DNA of 64,000 bases, taken from positions 186,001 through 250,000 of the forward strand of contig CATNEN010000028.1 of NCBI GenBank assembly GCA_950097015.1. Direction: 5' to 3'. The stretch comes from Macrostomum hystrix. Taxonomy: Eukaryota; Animalia; Platyhelminthes. The position numbers and the translations under genes were made by a program. Below are positions 1-12,352 of the stretch, in pieces (the first letter of the stretch is position 1; each line of letters begins with the position of its first letter). Below the pieces are notes generated by a model. It had not been told where the DNA came from. It worked only from the letters and a program-made list of their open reading frames with translations, and did not search any database.

Positions 1-534
1 GGCAGTAGCAAATTTAGGATCATCGACGATGTTGAGTTCACGCTTGATAATGAAGTGAAAAAATCGCTGGATGCCGGCCCGAATGCAGACCAAGCTAGAT
101 GGCGAGTACGACTCTCCATTCGGTTTAGAAAGCCGAAAGTAGTAGAACCGCAGGTGCTCGTTGAGGCTACTGGGCTCCATTGTTTTGAGACTTTCAACAG
201 GATGACCCAAGTCACTCATGTAGCTGGCAAACTCTTTGCCATAAAGGAACATTTGCTCCTTGGTCGATCTTGGTAGAGAATCCACCTCGGCCTTGTCCAT
301 GACATCAGTAGCAACAGAAGCTCCATCCTCTTCACATTCCGGCAGATCGACACCAAGCAGTTCATCGTCAGATCGTGAATGATCGGTAATGAAGTTAATA
401 AAGTCCTCCAGCTGATTGTCATCTCGGTGATTGTCACTGCTCAGCTCCGCAATGAATGAGTATTCGCTGGATGAAACGCCATCGAGACTATCAACCGGCA
501 GATGAGACCAATTGATAAGATGCGTAGCGGTCAT
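1..534 (-). mobile_element. Crypton-type tyrosine recombinase (DUF3504-associated) ORF, N-terminal part, runs off the left edge
   Basis: My translation from the ATG at 534 is open to position 1: MTATHLINW...SLNEHLRFYYFRLSKPNGESYSPSSLVCIRAGIQRFFHFIIKRELNIVDDPKF. This matches the L..F...R..dG..Y.P.SL..I...I.R...I..D..F motif that precedes DUF3504 in Crypton/KCTD1/ZMYM-type proteins. It is absent from the ORF track, probably because no stop falls in the window. Confidence 0.75.
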
Positions 535-727
535 GTTTAAGGCAGGCAAGCGAAGACGGCTTAAAATGAAAAACGGAGAAGTCTTCGCTGTAACTTCGAA
601 CATTTAAGACCAAAGTTTCTGACGAATTACCATAGATGGTATCTAAATTTAGTCATGCATTATCAACCGTTTGATAATGAAAGATTATTAAACGCCTATT
701 TTGTGTAGAAATCATGAGACAATAATA

Positions 728-827
728 TTGTGTCTATGGTTTTAGGCTTTGATAATGCTCAAATGACACTCGTGGCTTCGCCACTCGTGACTTTGAGCAT
801 TATCAAAGCCTAAAACCATAGACACAA
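728..827. repeat. 100-bp palindrome: perfect 36-bp inverted repeat with a 28-bp spacer
   Basis: 728-763 TTGTGTCTATGGTTTTAGGCTTTGATAATGCTCAAA is the exact reverse complement of 792-827. The spacer contains GTGGC-TTC-GCCAC. Confidence 0.95.
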
Positions 828-1074
828 CTAACCATTATATACTGTATAACGAAGCAACAAAAAGACTTTTTTCTAGCCAAACTACAGACAATTGCTAGGA
901 TTATATGGGAAACATATTTAGTTTGTCTCAATAATAGGCAGTGCATTAAGCGTTTCACAAACTCACTTAAACTGAATTTCGATTTTAGCTCGATCAATGA
1001 TGATAGACTTGACACCGTGGTCAGTAATAGAATAGTAATCTCCAGAAGCGACAGGCTCACTTACATGCATGCCT

Positions 1075-1560
1075 GGATTAGCCTCAGCTACAGGAGACGT
1101 ACCCTGTAAAACATTAGAAGCGAATCTAGCCACCTTTGCAGACGGACCGATGTATCGTTCTATGGCAGCTGAACTGTGTCCAGTAATTTTCGCGATTTCG
1201 GGCCTGGACTTGCCCTCGTCACGCAGCGTTGTGACGCAAGTCTTTGAGCGACTGATTGCTGTACTTCCTACTTTTTGGCTCCGGCAGACTCACCGTGACG
1301 GTGCGCACAACTGAATCGATAGTGTGGCGTCCTAGTACCTGATTCTGATACCACTTCCCAGTTCGAAAAGATGCAGGATTCCGGTACCAGGCCAAAAAGA
1401 GTTGCGGCTTTGTGCATTCGGCCGGGCGGAGGCTGACGTAGCGCTTGTACAAGCAAACAAGACAGCGATTGTGTCCTGGTGTATGATACACCGTGTTCCC
1501 TTGAACGGGGCTTTGCCCCGACACTCCCGAAGGCTGCACCGCATTCGGCGCGGCTCAAGA
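1075..1560 (-). mobile_element. Degenerate Crypton tyrosine recombinase, C-terminal catalytic region (frameshifted)
   Basis: ORF 1219-1539 reads RCLVCLYKRYVSLRP...LFL...GKWYQNQVLGRHTID...YSNQSL. After a frameshift near 1245 it continues TCVTTLRDEGKSRPEIAKITGHSSAAIERY (TGH and catalytic Y). It is homologous to 30123-30617. Confidence 0.8.
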
Positions 1561-1619
1561 GAAAGCTACAAAAATAAGCAATTCGGATTTTATATAAGAT
1601 CACGGTAGTTTAATGCGCA

Positions 1620-1800
1620 TTCTATGGTAAAAAGTCCTCGGCCACACTTAATGGTCCTCGGCTCGCTTCGCATACATGCTCGCATAATTCTATACGCAGT
1701 TGCAATCGGCACTTGCAGGATGGCTGCTGCGGCATTTAGTGTTGCCCATTGCACTATAATAGCAGACACCAAGCGTTGCCTGTCGACTGAGGATATTGGT
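1620..1800 (-). mobile_element. Possible Tc1/IS630-like transposase N-terminal HTH fragment
   Basis: ISSVDRQRLVSAIIVQWATLNAAAAILQVPIATAYRIMR...GRG resembles a paired-like HTH followed by a GRPR-like motif. No catalytic domain is seen. Confidence 0.4.
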
Positions 1801-2099
1801 GGAGGGAATTTGAAAAACAGCAACAAGAAATAGCAAAGATAAGAAAGAATCGAAAGAAAACCAAACAGGCAGATCAAAGTTTAATCATTTTGGTTGTCTC
1901 TAGTCTATGGTTGAAAGGGTGAATTTTTTCTGAGTGTCTGAATTCATTCTCGCTTTGAATGCCCCTTTCTCGTTTTGGTTGTCCAAACGTCTATGTTCTC
2001 TAGCGGCGAAGTTTACTTAGAGGATAGTTAAATCCATAGACATTATCGTTTTGAATGTCTAAATTATCATTTAGATTGACATAAGCTATACAATCAACA

Positions 2100-2270
2100 A
2101 TGATAGCCGACATGGTTACATGATGACATTTTTAGCAGAAAAAAGATGCCTATATTGGTGGTTTGTGCCATCAGACACCCCGACTAGAATCGTTGAATAT
2201 CTCGACAATGCCGATGTTTTTATTCTGGAAGTTTTTTCATCGTATAAAGAGGAAATTTTTAGTCAGGACA
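2100..2270. mobile_element. Fragment of the palindromic MITE family (see 16499-17080)
   Basis: Near-collinear with 16810-16980 (GCCTATATTGGTGG...AGACACCCCGAC.AGAATCGTTGAATA.CTCGAC.ATGCCGATGTTT). Confidence 0.75.
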
Positions 2271-2539
2271 GATATGTTTGCGACCAAATGATTTGCGAGT
2301 AACCCATTTTATACTACGAGGGTATAACGCTTAGTTCAATGTTAAATGAACTATTCGAACTATTTTATTGTAAATGTAATCCTTATTTCAATAAAATCTG
2401 GCGAAACCTGAGCTTATCTTGTGATTATCAAGATGTGATGGTGTGAAAATTTAAATATGGTGTATTATAAAAGTTCTTGTTTTTAATAAGTTTTTAATAA
2501 AACTCACGTAGACTTCCTCCTCTTACCACATATAATTTC

Positions 2540-2797
2540 TAAATTCTCACACCTGTTTTGCCCTGATGATCACACCTCTATCTCCCTGATTCTCACACAT
2601 GTATTGCCCTGATTCTCACACCTGTTTTGCCCTGATGATCACACCTCTATCTCCCTGATTCTCACACCTGTATTGCCCTGATTCTAAAACCTGTATTGCG
2701 CTGATTCTCACACCTCTATCTCCCTGATTCTCACACCTGTATTGCCCTGATTCTCACACCTGTATTGCCCTGATTCTCACACCTGTATTGCCCTGAT
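2540..2797. repeat. About 23-bp minisatellite (CCCTGATTCTCACACCTGTATTG)n just upstream of RFC3
   Basis: About 11 imperfect tandem units, read directly. Confidence 0.9.
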
Positions 2798-2833
2798 TTT
2801 CATTCAAGCGCTGCCGAACAGCCAATAAGGAAC

Positions 2834-4495
2834 ATGAGCCTCTGGGTTGACAAGTACAGGCCTAAGCGACTGGACAAGCTGGATTATCACACCGAGCAGG
2901 CCAGCCGTCTCGGAGCCCTAGTTGAGTCGGGAGATTTTCCCCACCTGCTGGTGTACGGGCCGCCCGGAGCCGGCAAGAAGACTCGAATCCACGCCCTGCT
3001 CAGAGAGCTCTACGGATCGGGTGTTGAACGCCTTCGGCTTGAGCAGCAGAGCTTCACGGCGCCATCTAAACGAAAAGTGGAGATTGAAACTGTGTCCTCA
3101 AATTTTCACCTGGAAGTTAGTCCCGGAGATGCTGGCATCTACGATCGGGTTGTGGTCATGGAGCTGATTAAGCAGGTGGCCTCCGTCAATCAGTTGGATG
3201 CCAGTCAGCAGCGAGAGTTTAAAGGTAAGTTATTAGCGAAGTTTGTGATTTTCACGATTTCCTGTATTTTTTCACTTTAAAACGCGTCTCTGCATTTCTA
3301 GTCGTCGTGTTGAACGAAGTCGACCGGTTGACGAAGGACGCCCAGCACGCGCTTCGCCGCACAATGGAAAAGTACATGGCCACCTGCCGCCTCATTCTGT
3401 GCGCCAACAGCACCAGCAAGGTCATTCAGGCTATTCGCAGCCGCTGCCTGGCTGTTCGAGTGGCTGCGCCCACTGAAGACGAGGTTCGTAGGCTGGCAGT
3501 GTGTACGAGCACTGTCTTGATTGGCTGGCAATGTACACTGATAGCTGCTTCATTTGACTGGCACGGCACTCTAAGGACTGTTTTCATTGGCTGGCAGTAT
3601 TACACCAAAACATTTTTTGGCTGACAGTGTACATCAATGGGCTGTTTAATTGGCTGGCAGGGTACAAAGGGCAGTTGTTATTGGCTGGCAGTACACTAAG
3701 GACTGCTTTCATTGGCTGGCACTGTAGACTGTACACTAATAATTGTTTTCATTAGCTTGCAGAGCAAATGAAGGACTCTTTTTTGGCTGGCACTGTAGAC
3801 TGTACACTAAGGATTGTTTTCATTGGCTTGCAGAGCAAATGAAGGACTCTTTTTTGGCTGGCAGTGTACACTAAGGACTATTTTATTGGCTGCCACTGTA
3901 CACTAAGGACTGCTTTCATTGGCTGGCTGTGTGCACCAAGAACTATTTTATATCGTTTCTAAATTTAGAAAAGCGGGATTCCCCCGGTTTTTCCATCCAG
4001 ATTGTGCAAGTGCTGCACGGCGTGTGCCGCAAGGAGAGCCTCAGCATGCCGGACAGCCTGGCCCGACGCATCGCCCAGGCCTCGGAGCGCAACCTGCGTC
4101 GCGCCCTCCTAATGGCCGAGGCCTGCCGGGCCCAGCAGCAGCCGTTCGACCCGGAGCAGCCGGTCAGCCTTGGCGACTGGCAGCTGTACCTGAAGGAGAC
4201 CGCCAAGAAGGTCCTGGAAGAGCAGAGTCCCGCCCGCCTGCTGGTGGTGCGGGCTCGCCTATACGAGCTGCTCAGCCACTGCGTGCCGCCAGAACTCATC
4301 ATGCGCAGCCTGGTGACGGAGCTGATCGCCTCCTGTGACGACACGGTTAAAGCCGAGGTGCTGGCACTGGGCGCCGAGTACGAGCACCAGATGCGGCTGG
4401 GCCAGAAGGCCATCTTTCATCTGGAGGCATTCGTGGCCAGGTTCATGGCCGTCTACAAGAAGTTCCTTGATGAGGTCATGATGGCCGACTGGTGA
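2834..4495 (+). CDS. RFC3: Replication factor C subunit 3; exons 2834-3224, 3302-3483, 4001-4495 (355 aa)
   Basis: [10 protein letters not shown] start, [17 protein letters not shown] Walker A variant, [27 protein letters not shown] motif, HLEAFVA C-terminus. GT-AG junctions have consistent phases. Confidence 0.96.
3490..3930. repeat. Degenerate tandem repeat filling RFC3 intron 2
   Basis: Recurrent ATTGGCTGGCAGT.TACACTAAGGACTG.TTTC units. Confidence 0.8.
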
Positions 4496-5454
4496 TGCGG
4501 CTGCCGTTACATTATTTTAAAACCCAATGATTGTCTGCAGGATAGGCATTTGGTATCTAATATAAATTAATATTGTACTTAGTTGTACGAGTATACCGGT
4601 GAGTTTGCTATGATTCAGTTTCAGTTCAGTAATACGTATTTTCTAATTCGTTACAATGAATTAATTGTAATGTAATTGTCATTGCAATGTAATGAAATAA
4701 AAATAAATTATCGACTATTGTTTTCTCAACTACAGTTTAACAAACTGTTGCCCATTTTTTCAACTTAATTTGCTCGTTTTAAAATACCGTGTCTTGTTTA
4801 ATCTTCAATCAGTAATAAAATCTAATTTTAGTCCCAATAGTTTGAGCTTCAAGTCGTCGGGAGATCGATTCTCACCCTAAGGGAAGCAGTTTGTGTCCCT
4901 TGAAAGAATGTGAAAAACATACAAGAATCGGTGACTGTGACGCAACTGTCAGATCGCATTTGTTATTTTGTTCTTACATCAGATTGACTTGTCTGAATTC
5001 AACTGCTCCTACGTCTGCTGTCTGTGCCTAGATTGTCTTTTGACCATAGACGAAGTTTTATATAATCGGTGTACAAACTCTTTGCTGTCTACTAGTCAGT
5101 AGTTTCTAACTCATTTTAACGTCACCGCTGTAGCTATAGTCAAGCTTTTAGCCTGTCGACTTTTATTAATTAGTGATTGTTGAGCTTGGCTCATAAATCA
5201 TGGATTTGTACAAAAATACAAAAAAGCGAAAAAATGTTGTAAGATCAGTTCAGATTTAGTCCAGTCAATATTGCTAAACAACACTACTCTGATTGAGCAG
5301 CAGGTGAGACGCGCTAGTGGGATCACTGCTACCCGGTTGATTATTGTGAATCGAAGACCTCAGCATCTGAAATTTTATTCAGAAAAAAATATAATAATGC
5401 AAGAAATTTCAACACTTTTCAGTATTGAAATAATAATAATGATTGACTGAAAGC

Positions 5455-5645
5455 TGCGTACGGCTGTTCAGTCCATGGACTGAGGAACCCTCAATTCCAC
5501 ACCCAGACAATGCTGTTACCAATTTAACAGCCGGGCGAACTGAAGCAACGCAGAGTTTTTGTCTTGCTAAGGGTCACACATTTTTCCTGTGGAGTCGGGA
5601 ATCGAACCCCCGACCTTATAAGGTAGTTAGTGTGGCTACAAACCC
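5455..5645 (-). mobile_element. tRNA-derived SINE, family B
   Basis: Reverse strand has a B-box GGTTCGATTCC, a body with ...TTGCTTCAGTTCGCCC..., and the palindrome CAGTCCATGGACTG. Shares motifs with copies at about 21.0, 31.1, 56.7, 58.0 and 62.7 kb. Confidence 0.65.
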
Positions 5646-6249
5646 CGTAGTAACAATCGTAATTATTGCTATTGCACGGGCGCGACCAAATTTGTCTGCG
5701 TACAGCCGTTCAGTCCACGGACTGAGGAACTTCACATCCCGCCGATTTCTAATCTATAAAGTATTGTATTTTAAAGCACTGAGTGGGCATTTGGTTTCAC
5801 ATTGAAATTTAAATTTATCCAGACATTCAATGTCTGGAGGCCCTGTGACATTTTTAATTAGGAATTTTATTGCGAATCCAGGTACATTTTGTGTTTGTGC
5901 GCGTCTGCGCAGCCTGTGCGGGGCTTCTCACATTTTTCTCCAAAGGTATCGTCTCTGCTTTGATCAGGCGGCGGCGGTGAAATTTGCGTGAGCCCTGCTC
6001 AGCGACCAGAAAGATGAGCAAAAGACTGCAGCTACTGTATGCTCACACAGAAGCAGAGTAGCTCAAAGTTAGAAATACAGCTAGAAAGTTTTTTTAATTA
6101 AGGGGTAGGTAGGTATGGAGGCACTGAACCCTGCGGCTAACGAGATCTGCGAATTCGTCATCTCCTCCTGGCTTATTGACTGGGCTGCATCCCGGTCCAG
6201 ACTGTTTGAACTTCTACTATTAGTAGTTTACGGCTTTTTCTGCCCAGCT

Positions 6250-9200
6250 GAGCGGGAAATTCAAATCTGGCATGCAAAATCAAGGCGTGAGATATCAGCG
6301 CTCACCATCACGGTCCCGTCCACAGTACTGACTGCCCCATCTGTAGCGGGACTGCAGAAATGCTGTTGCGGGCCAGTTGGCTGATGAAACTCCTCTACAA
6401 TGAATTTAAGCCAACTGTAATAAATGTTTGACCCAGAATTTACCCGGATCTGACTTCACCATAGATTTATATGACAGATTTCAGGGTTTACTTAAGAAGT
6501 TTCGACACATATCGGGCCAATCCTAAAATCTATTTGCGTATCGATACACTTCAGAAATTTCATTACATATCGGGTCTATGCTAAATTATATTTGCATATC
6601 GATCCAATTTAAATGTTTCGATACATATCAGGTCCGTACTAAACTGTTTCAACGTCCAAGTAAAAAAATTCGACACATCGTAAAGTATCTTTACTCGTAA
6701 CTTCAACACCCATGGGGTTGAGATATATTTAACCCATTAAATCTAATTCGTAAATTTCGACACACATCGACACAATGCTTGAAATTTCAAAGCACATCTG
6801 CTGAAATCCTTAAGAAACTTTGTGATTTTTATGCATACGAGCTAGCAGGTGGCAGCTTGCTAGCCGGCTCACTGATTCTCATTGAGAACTGCTAAACTCA
6901 CCGCCGCCTTCATCGCGCCAGTTCGGCAGCCATTGGTTTTTTCCTCGACGCCGCAGCCGCAGTCGCCGCGCGCAGGCCACAGCCAGGCCAATTAGGGCGA
7001 TGCCGGTTATCAAGGCGACAACCAAGCCCGAAGTCACAGCGGCAACGGCTACCGCAAAGACTAGTCCTCGGCGTCCTTGACTGATCGAAGCCGTTTTGCC
7101 ACCAAGCAAGCGTCGACGTGCATGCAAGCTGACCGCAGTCACGAGCAGCCGGTATGTTCGAAACGTGGCTGCTTGTTTGGTCAGTCGCAGCGGCAGCAAG
7201 AAAGTTTCCGCATAGTCTTGGTCTGTCATGTCAACGCTCTGTGACTGTGGGAATCGCATACACAGCCGATCGCCTCTGGGCGGCACCAGTTCGAATTCAA
7301 CATCGGCCAGTGACGTTGATGCTCGTCGGTAATCCGGTAGGAGTAGTTCCGGCTCGCCGAAACTTGCCACGAAGTTGTCGTCCCCATTGTGCGACATGAC
7401 TTCGTAGTCCAGAGCGACGCACGTCGAATGACCTACGTCATCAAGATCGTCAGGCGTCGGTTTGCTGTCCAGAAAGTTCACAGTCAGAGGATCCGGTGGC
7501 TCGCGACAACTACTGTGGATCCCGCCGCTATCTTTCAGACACAACCTCGGTGGCGACATCGGCCGCAACGTCGGCGTCGACGGCGAAATCGTTGGCGGAT
7601 GGTCGACATCGACGACAATCTCAGCGACGGATTCTGGAGTGTCGATGATGCCGGTGGCCAGTGGCCGCACATTTTCTACGCGCACGCGGAACCGGAAGCG
7701 GCTGACTTCCTCGGCCCCGCTGAATGGCGCGGCGAGTCGAATCTCGCCGCTCTCCGGGTGAATTTCAAAGTGGCGCCTCGCTGCTTCGCCGAAATCCCGA
7801 CTGGTAATGCTGAAGCGGACTAGTCGATTCGGCAAATCGCCGTCGTCATCTTCGGCGTCGAGACGGCCAACAAGGCTGCCAGCGGCAGATTTTGACGAGA
7901 TTCGAAATCTGCGTTGACCCTGCGAAATTTTCGGCGCATTATCGTTGACGTCGACAACATCGATGTTGATTGTAGCTGTCGATGTTGACGTGGCATTAGC
8001 TCCCAAGTCGACAGCTCTAGCCAGAAAAGTGAATCGTTTGCGTCGTTCGTAGTCCAAAGCCGCCCCTAATCGAATTTTGCCGCTGCGTGAGTCGACTGTA
8101 AACATTGAAGCATCCTCGCCATCGAGCAGGTAGGCGACCTGGTTATTGGGGTAGGCGTCCCGATCTATCGCCACCAGCTGCGGTGACGGTTGAAGTTTGA
8201 CAGCGACGCCGAGGGGCGAATTTTCGTCTAGACGGCCAGTGTAGGTGAACTCGGTAAACTCAGGCAAACAGTCGTTTTCATCGGCCACAACCACCGTCAG
8301 CGTCGCTGCTGCCGCCTCGCTGTCGGCCCTGCAGGCGACTTGCACGAGATGCTCAGCGACCTGTTCCCGATCGAGAGTCACCGATGTCAGCAAGTGGAAC
8401 TCCTTGACTCCGGCGACCGCGTCTAGCACCGGCGTAGTCGGTGCTGGTTCAAGCCTAAATATAAAATTGTTTTGCTGCGAATTTTTGCGTTTAGGAGGCT
8501 TGTCACCATCAAACTTGTGCGATGCATTGAAATTAAAAATCCAACAAACCTAAAATAGCCGTCGCCCTCGCCCTTGACGACTCGGCAGCGGATTTTCCCA
8601 GCGGCGTCGCCGGTCGCGGCCAGATCTGGGTCGCGGGCCTCAACCGCTGCCACCAACAGGCCAGGCTGCCGATTCTCCGGCGCCTCGACACGCTGACGAC
8701 GCCGGCCAGCTCGCCAGAAAGCGACAGTCAGCGGATTGTCATCGATGTTGGCCACTGAGATGGAAACCGTGGCTGTGGCGGCCAGCGAAGGCCTGCCAAA
8801 GTCGCTAGCCACAATGAGGAACTCCAGACGAGGCGTCAGCTCGTAGTCCAATCCGCGCGGGGCCAGCAGCTCCCAGCGGTGCGACGAGCCGTCCGTTTGT
8901 CGAAGCTGCACCAGACGCTCCAGCGAGCCCGCATGTGCGGAAGGCAACTGCCTAAGATTGTTGAAGGTGCTGAAGACATGTAGTACCCAGTATGGACAGG
9001 CTCGGGACTTTGTAAATAATATACTACGCATTCTTGTTTGAGGATTCTCCCTAATCAAAGTTAAGGAGCTTGTAGCCCAGTGGTTGGAGCTTCGGACTCT
9101 GACCGAGAAGTTAGAGGTTAGGAGTTCGATTTTCCGTATAGGGAATCCATTTTTTTTCCTGGAGCAAGGCATTTATCTCGTGTCTGGGTGTGTAGGCCTC

Positions 9201-10428
9201 CCCAGTCCACGGACTGGGTAGCTGTAAGCAGATTTTGGATTCACTGACTGTGCATCTATTAATATTGCCGGTCACGGGTTCGAAGCCGCTTGACTTCATT
9301 TGAAAGCCTCATTAGACACTGATTGAACCGAGCCATGAAGAATGGAGCAATCCGATATGCATCCCATTCTAATGAGGAGAGTTTGTCAGATGACGTCAAC
9401 GAACGGAGCATTGTTAAATAGGAGGCTTCTAAGCTTGCAGCGGCAGGGCCAACCTCACTAGACAGCGAATCCGCCCGTTGTCGCCAGCATCCTCGTCAAG
9501 CACTTCGAAGGCAGCCAGAGACATCGGCTTGCTGCTCTCATTGACTCGAATTGTGCCCGGATCTGACTTGGCAGGCCAGACAAACCGCGGCTCTACGTCG
9601 TTGACATCCGCGATGTCCAGCACGACCGTGAGGCAGCCGGTCAGTGCGGGCTCTCCGGAATCGACGGCCGTCAGCACAAAGCCGAAGCCGTCGGGATTGG
9701 CCTCCCGGTCCAGCCCTGTCAGCAGTGTCAAGCGAGGAGCCGGGAGGTTCAAAGCACGCAGCCCGAAGTGCCTGTCGAACAGCGAGTCATTTGGCCGCTT
9801 TTCCGTCAGATAATACTCCCGAACAGCTCCGTTGGCTGCGGCATCGGCGTCTCGGGCCACTGGCAGTTCGAGCTCGAATCTGGATGGTTCGGCGTCTTCG
9901 GACAATGAATACCGACGATAGTTGCCGCCCCGGAATACTGGCGGATTGTCGTTGACGTCCAGAATGATTACCTGGTGTTATTCAGAAGGTGTTTTGTGTC
10001 TGCCTGTGCGCACAGAATAGTTAATTTTAAAGAGGACGATATGTTGCTACCAAGCTCACCTTCAGCAGGCTGTACCCCGGCAGGCCGTAGCCGGCGCTTT
10101 CCATCCGTAGCAGTCGGCAACAGACGTTCGGACAGTGCGACCTGCCCGCAGCGCCGCAAAGACTCTCCCTGTCCAGCTGACCGTTCAAGGTGAGCCAGGT
10201 GCCGGCTTCTACTGCAAACGGTCTGGCCGCGTCCGCTCTGCTGAGCGCGTAGCCGCCTTCTAAGCTCTGCGGCAGCAGGTCGGTCAGTCGCACTCGAAAG
10301 TCAGCCTCGGATGCGCCCTCGCTCACCGTCAGCGTTGCTGCCGCGGTCGGAGCGACGATGTTCGATGGAGTCGATGAAGTCAAAAGCGTTTGTGTCTGTA
10401 GGAGCCATGCGAGCTGAAGCAGCAACAT
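6250..10428 (-). CDS. Protocadherin-like protein; exons 10428-10060, 9971-9459, 8947-8550, 8454-6902, probable cytoplasmic exon from 6394
   Basis: Signal peptide, repeated cadherin motifs (LDRE, LDYE, DVNDNPP/DVNDNAP, A.D.G), a TM segment (LVFAVAVAAV...LAVAC) followed by a basic stop-transfer stretch. Splice phases are consistent. The 3' end is uncertain. Confidence 0.88.
6490..6790. repeat. Dispersed short degenerate repeats (TTTCGA(C/T)ACATATCGGG...) in the protocadherin intron
   Basis: The motif recurs about 7 times. It may be a subterminal repeat of a transposon. Confidence 0.55.
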
Positions 10429-11344
10429 TCTAGTCAGAAAATCATTCGATAGCTGAAACGTATGAATGAAGCGGCGAGAGAAAAAATAACTAGTCTAAAC
10501 ATATTTTACTTGACAGTTTCTTCGTGAAAATTATTCGAAAACAACTTTACTGGCTGGCTGGCTACCTAGGTGAGAAAAAAGCACGATGTAGAATGTCAAT
10601 ATGAGAGGCTGCATGAACTACGTGTGACACACTCTTCAAATCTTCAAATTGTTGCTTTTCTCTAATGGCCCGCGTGTGACATGTGTGACTTTCGCAGTTA
10701 AACCCAAGAACGCAGTTGCTGTCAGCAAGTCAGGAAAATTGTCAGGCCATATTGCAGCTAAGCTGTGTTACATCTGGGATAACATTTCGCACGCTTGAGA
10801 GCCAATCGCCATGCTATATGTTCATCCGTGCAGTGGGTGGGTGTTTGGTGCATTCAAGCCTGTCATGTATCTATTGGGCAAATGCGCGAAGTTTTCGAAG
10901 TTTTCGGAGTTGTGTTCGCGAGTTGAAAAAATGCTAGAACTAAAGCCGGCAAGCTCTCTGAAAGTGCCCAGTAACGAGCTTGGTTTCCGCGATATTCGCA
11001 CGCGCTAAGGAAAAGATTTCCCCCGGATTAGCAACTCGTCAATGCGAATGACTAATCAGTGATGTGCATCTTGATTCAGACCGCGGACTAATGCATGCGA
11101 CAGTAACTGCAGTATCAGATGCGAATGCTAAGAATAATAAGAGAAGCATATGCGTAAGGATATGGTGTGCTTGATCACACTTGCTCATGAGGCTCTGAAT
11201 GCATCATCTGTGTGAAAATCTGCCCGTCAAATGGCCATTTTTGGAAGCAATATCAGTGATAGTCAATTTTACTCGACTGCCGGGGCGGAACAAACAGGAG
11301 CGAGAGAGGCAGGGATGCCAGATAAGCGGCTCAGGGAGGGGGTG

Positions 11345-11500
11345 GGGGCAGAGGGGCAAAGGCGGAGGGGGGAGGACGCAGCGCACGCTCAAAGGGGGCA
11401 GAGGGGCGAAGGCGGAGGGGGGAGGACGCAGCGCACGCTCAAAGGGGGCAGAGGGGCGAAGGCGGAGGGGGGAGGACGCAGCGCACGCTAAAAGGGGGGG
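11345..11500. repeat. About 50-bp G-rich tandem repeat, 3 copies
   Basis: GGCGGAGGGGGGAGGACGCAGCGCACGCT(C/A)AAAGGGGG... repeated. Confidence 0.9.
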
Positions 11501-12352
11501 CAGAAAGGACGAGACGCGGGGGTGGCCAGCCGGTCATTAACCCCCGAAAGCGTCACACAACGTGCACGCTTACGGACCAGAAAAAAACTGTGACCTTGTG
11601 GTACAGAAAACTTTTTATTAATTGTCTGTCTTTTACAGCGAGCTGGTTTAACTTGTTGAATAAGTCACAACTCAAGAATGATGCTTTAAATTGTGAATAT
11701 AATAAAAAGGAATTTCCAGATCAAGAATTTACAAAACACAAGCATAAGTCTCTAAAAAAGCAAAAGTTTACTCACAATACGCCTGGCTGAAATCCGCTGC
11801 CGTTAGTCAACTCAGTGCATCCTTTGCGCCACTGTCTGATCATTCACTTTTCTAGCATCGATCAGCTACTTCAGCCAACCAATGATAAGTAAGCTAGCAA
11901 CAATAGGAACGCGTGAACATGTCTATGCTACATTACTATGAGTAGCAACATGATATTGTTTGTTTAACAATACTACGAGTACAAAGTAAAATTCTGACGA
12001 ACAAATGGATTAGATTTTCTCAGCAATAGAAACCGACTGTTTGCTGAACAAGGACACTAAATAACTCCCTGTCAATAGACCGAACCTTGCTGATCATAGT
12101 CTTTGATTGCCCACATGGTTATTGAGCAGTACTTTGTCTAGCTCGTATAAACTAGCAACTGCAACACCAGCTTTAGCCGCCTGGCATAATTGAATTCAAA
12201 TATTAACCATCAATCAGTTAGTTGTAGCTTTGCAACCAGTTTTCCGACCGTGACGAATAATTGAAAGCTTACTATAAATAGCATCGAGATTTCCTGTGGC
12301 ACTGGCTCTCTAAGCTTTTATTCTCATCTCATTTCAAAACCGCAATCGAAAA

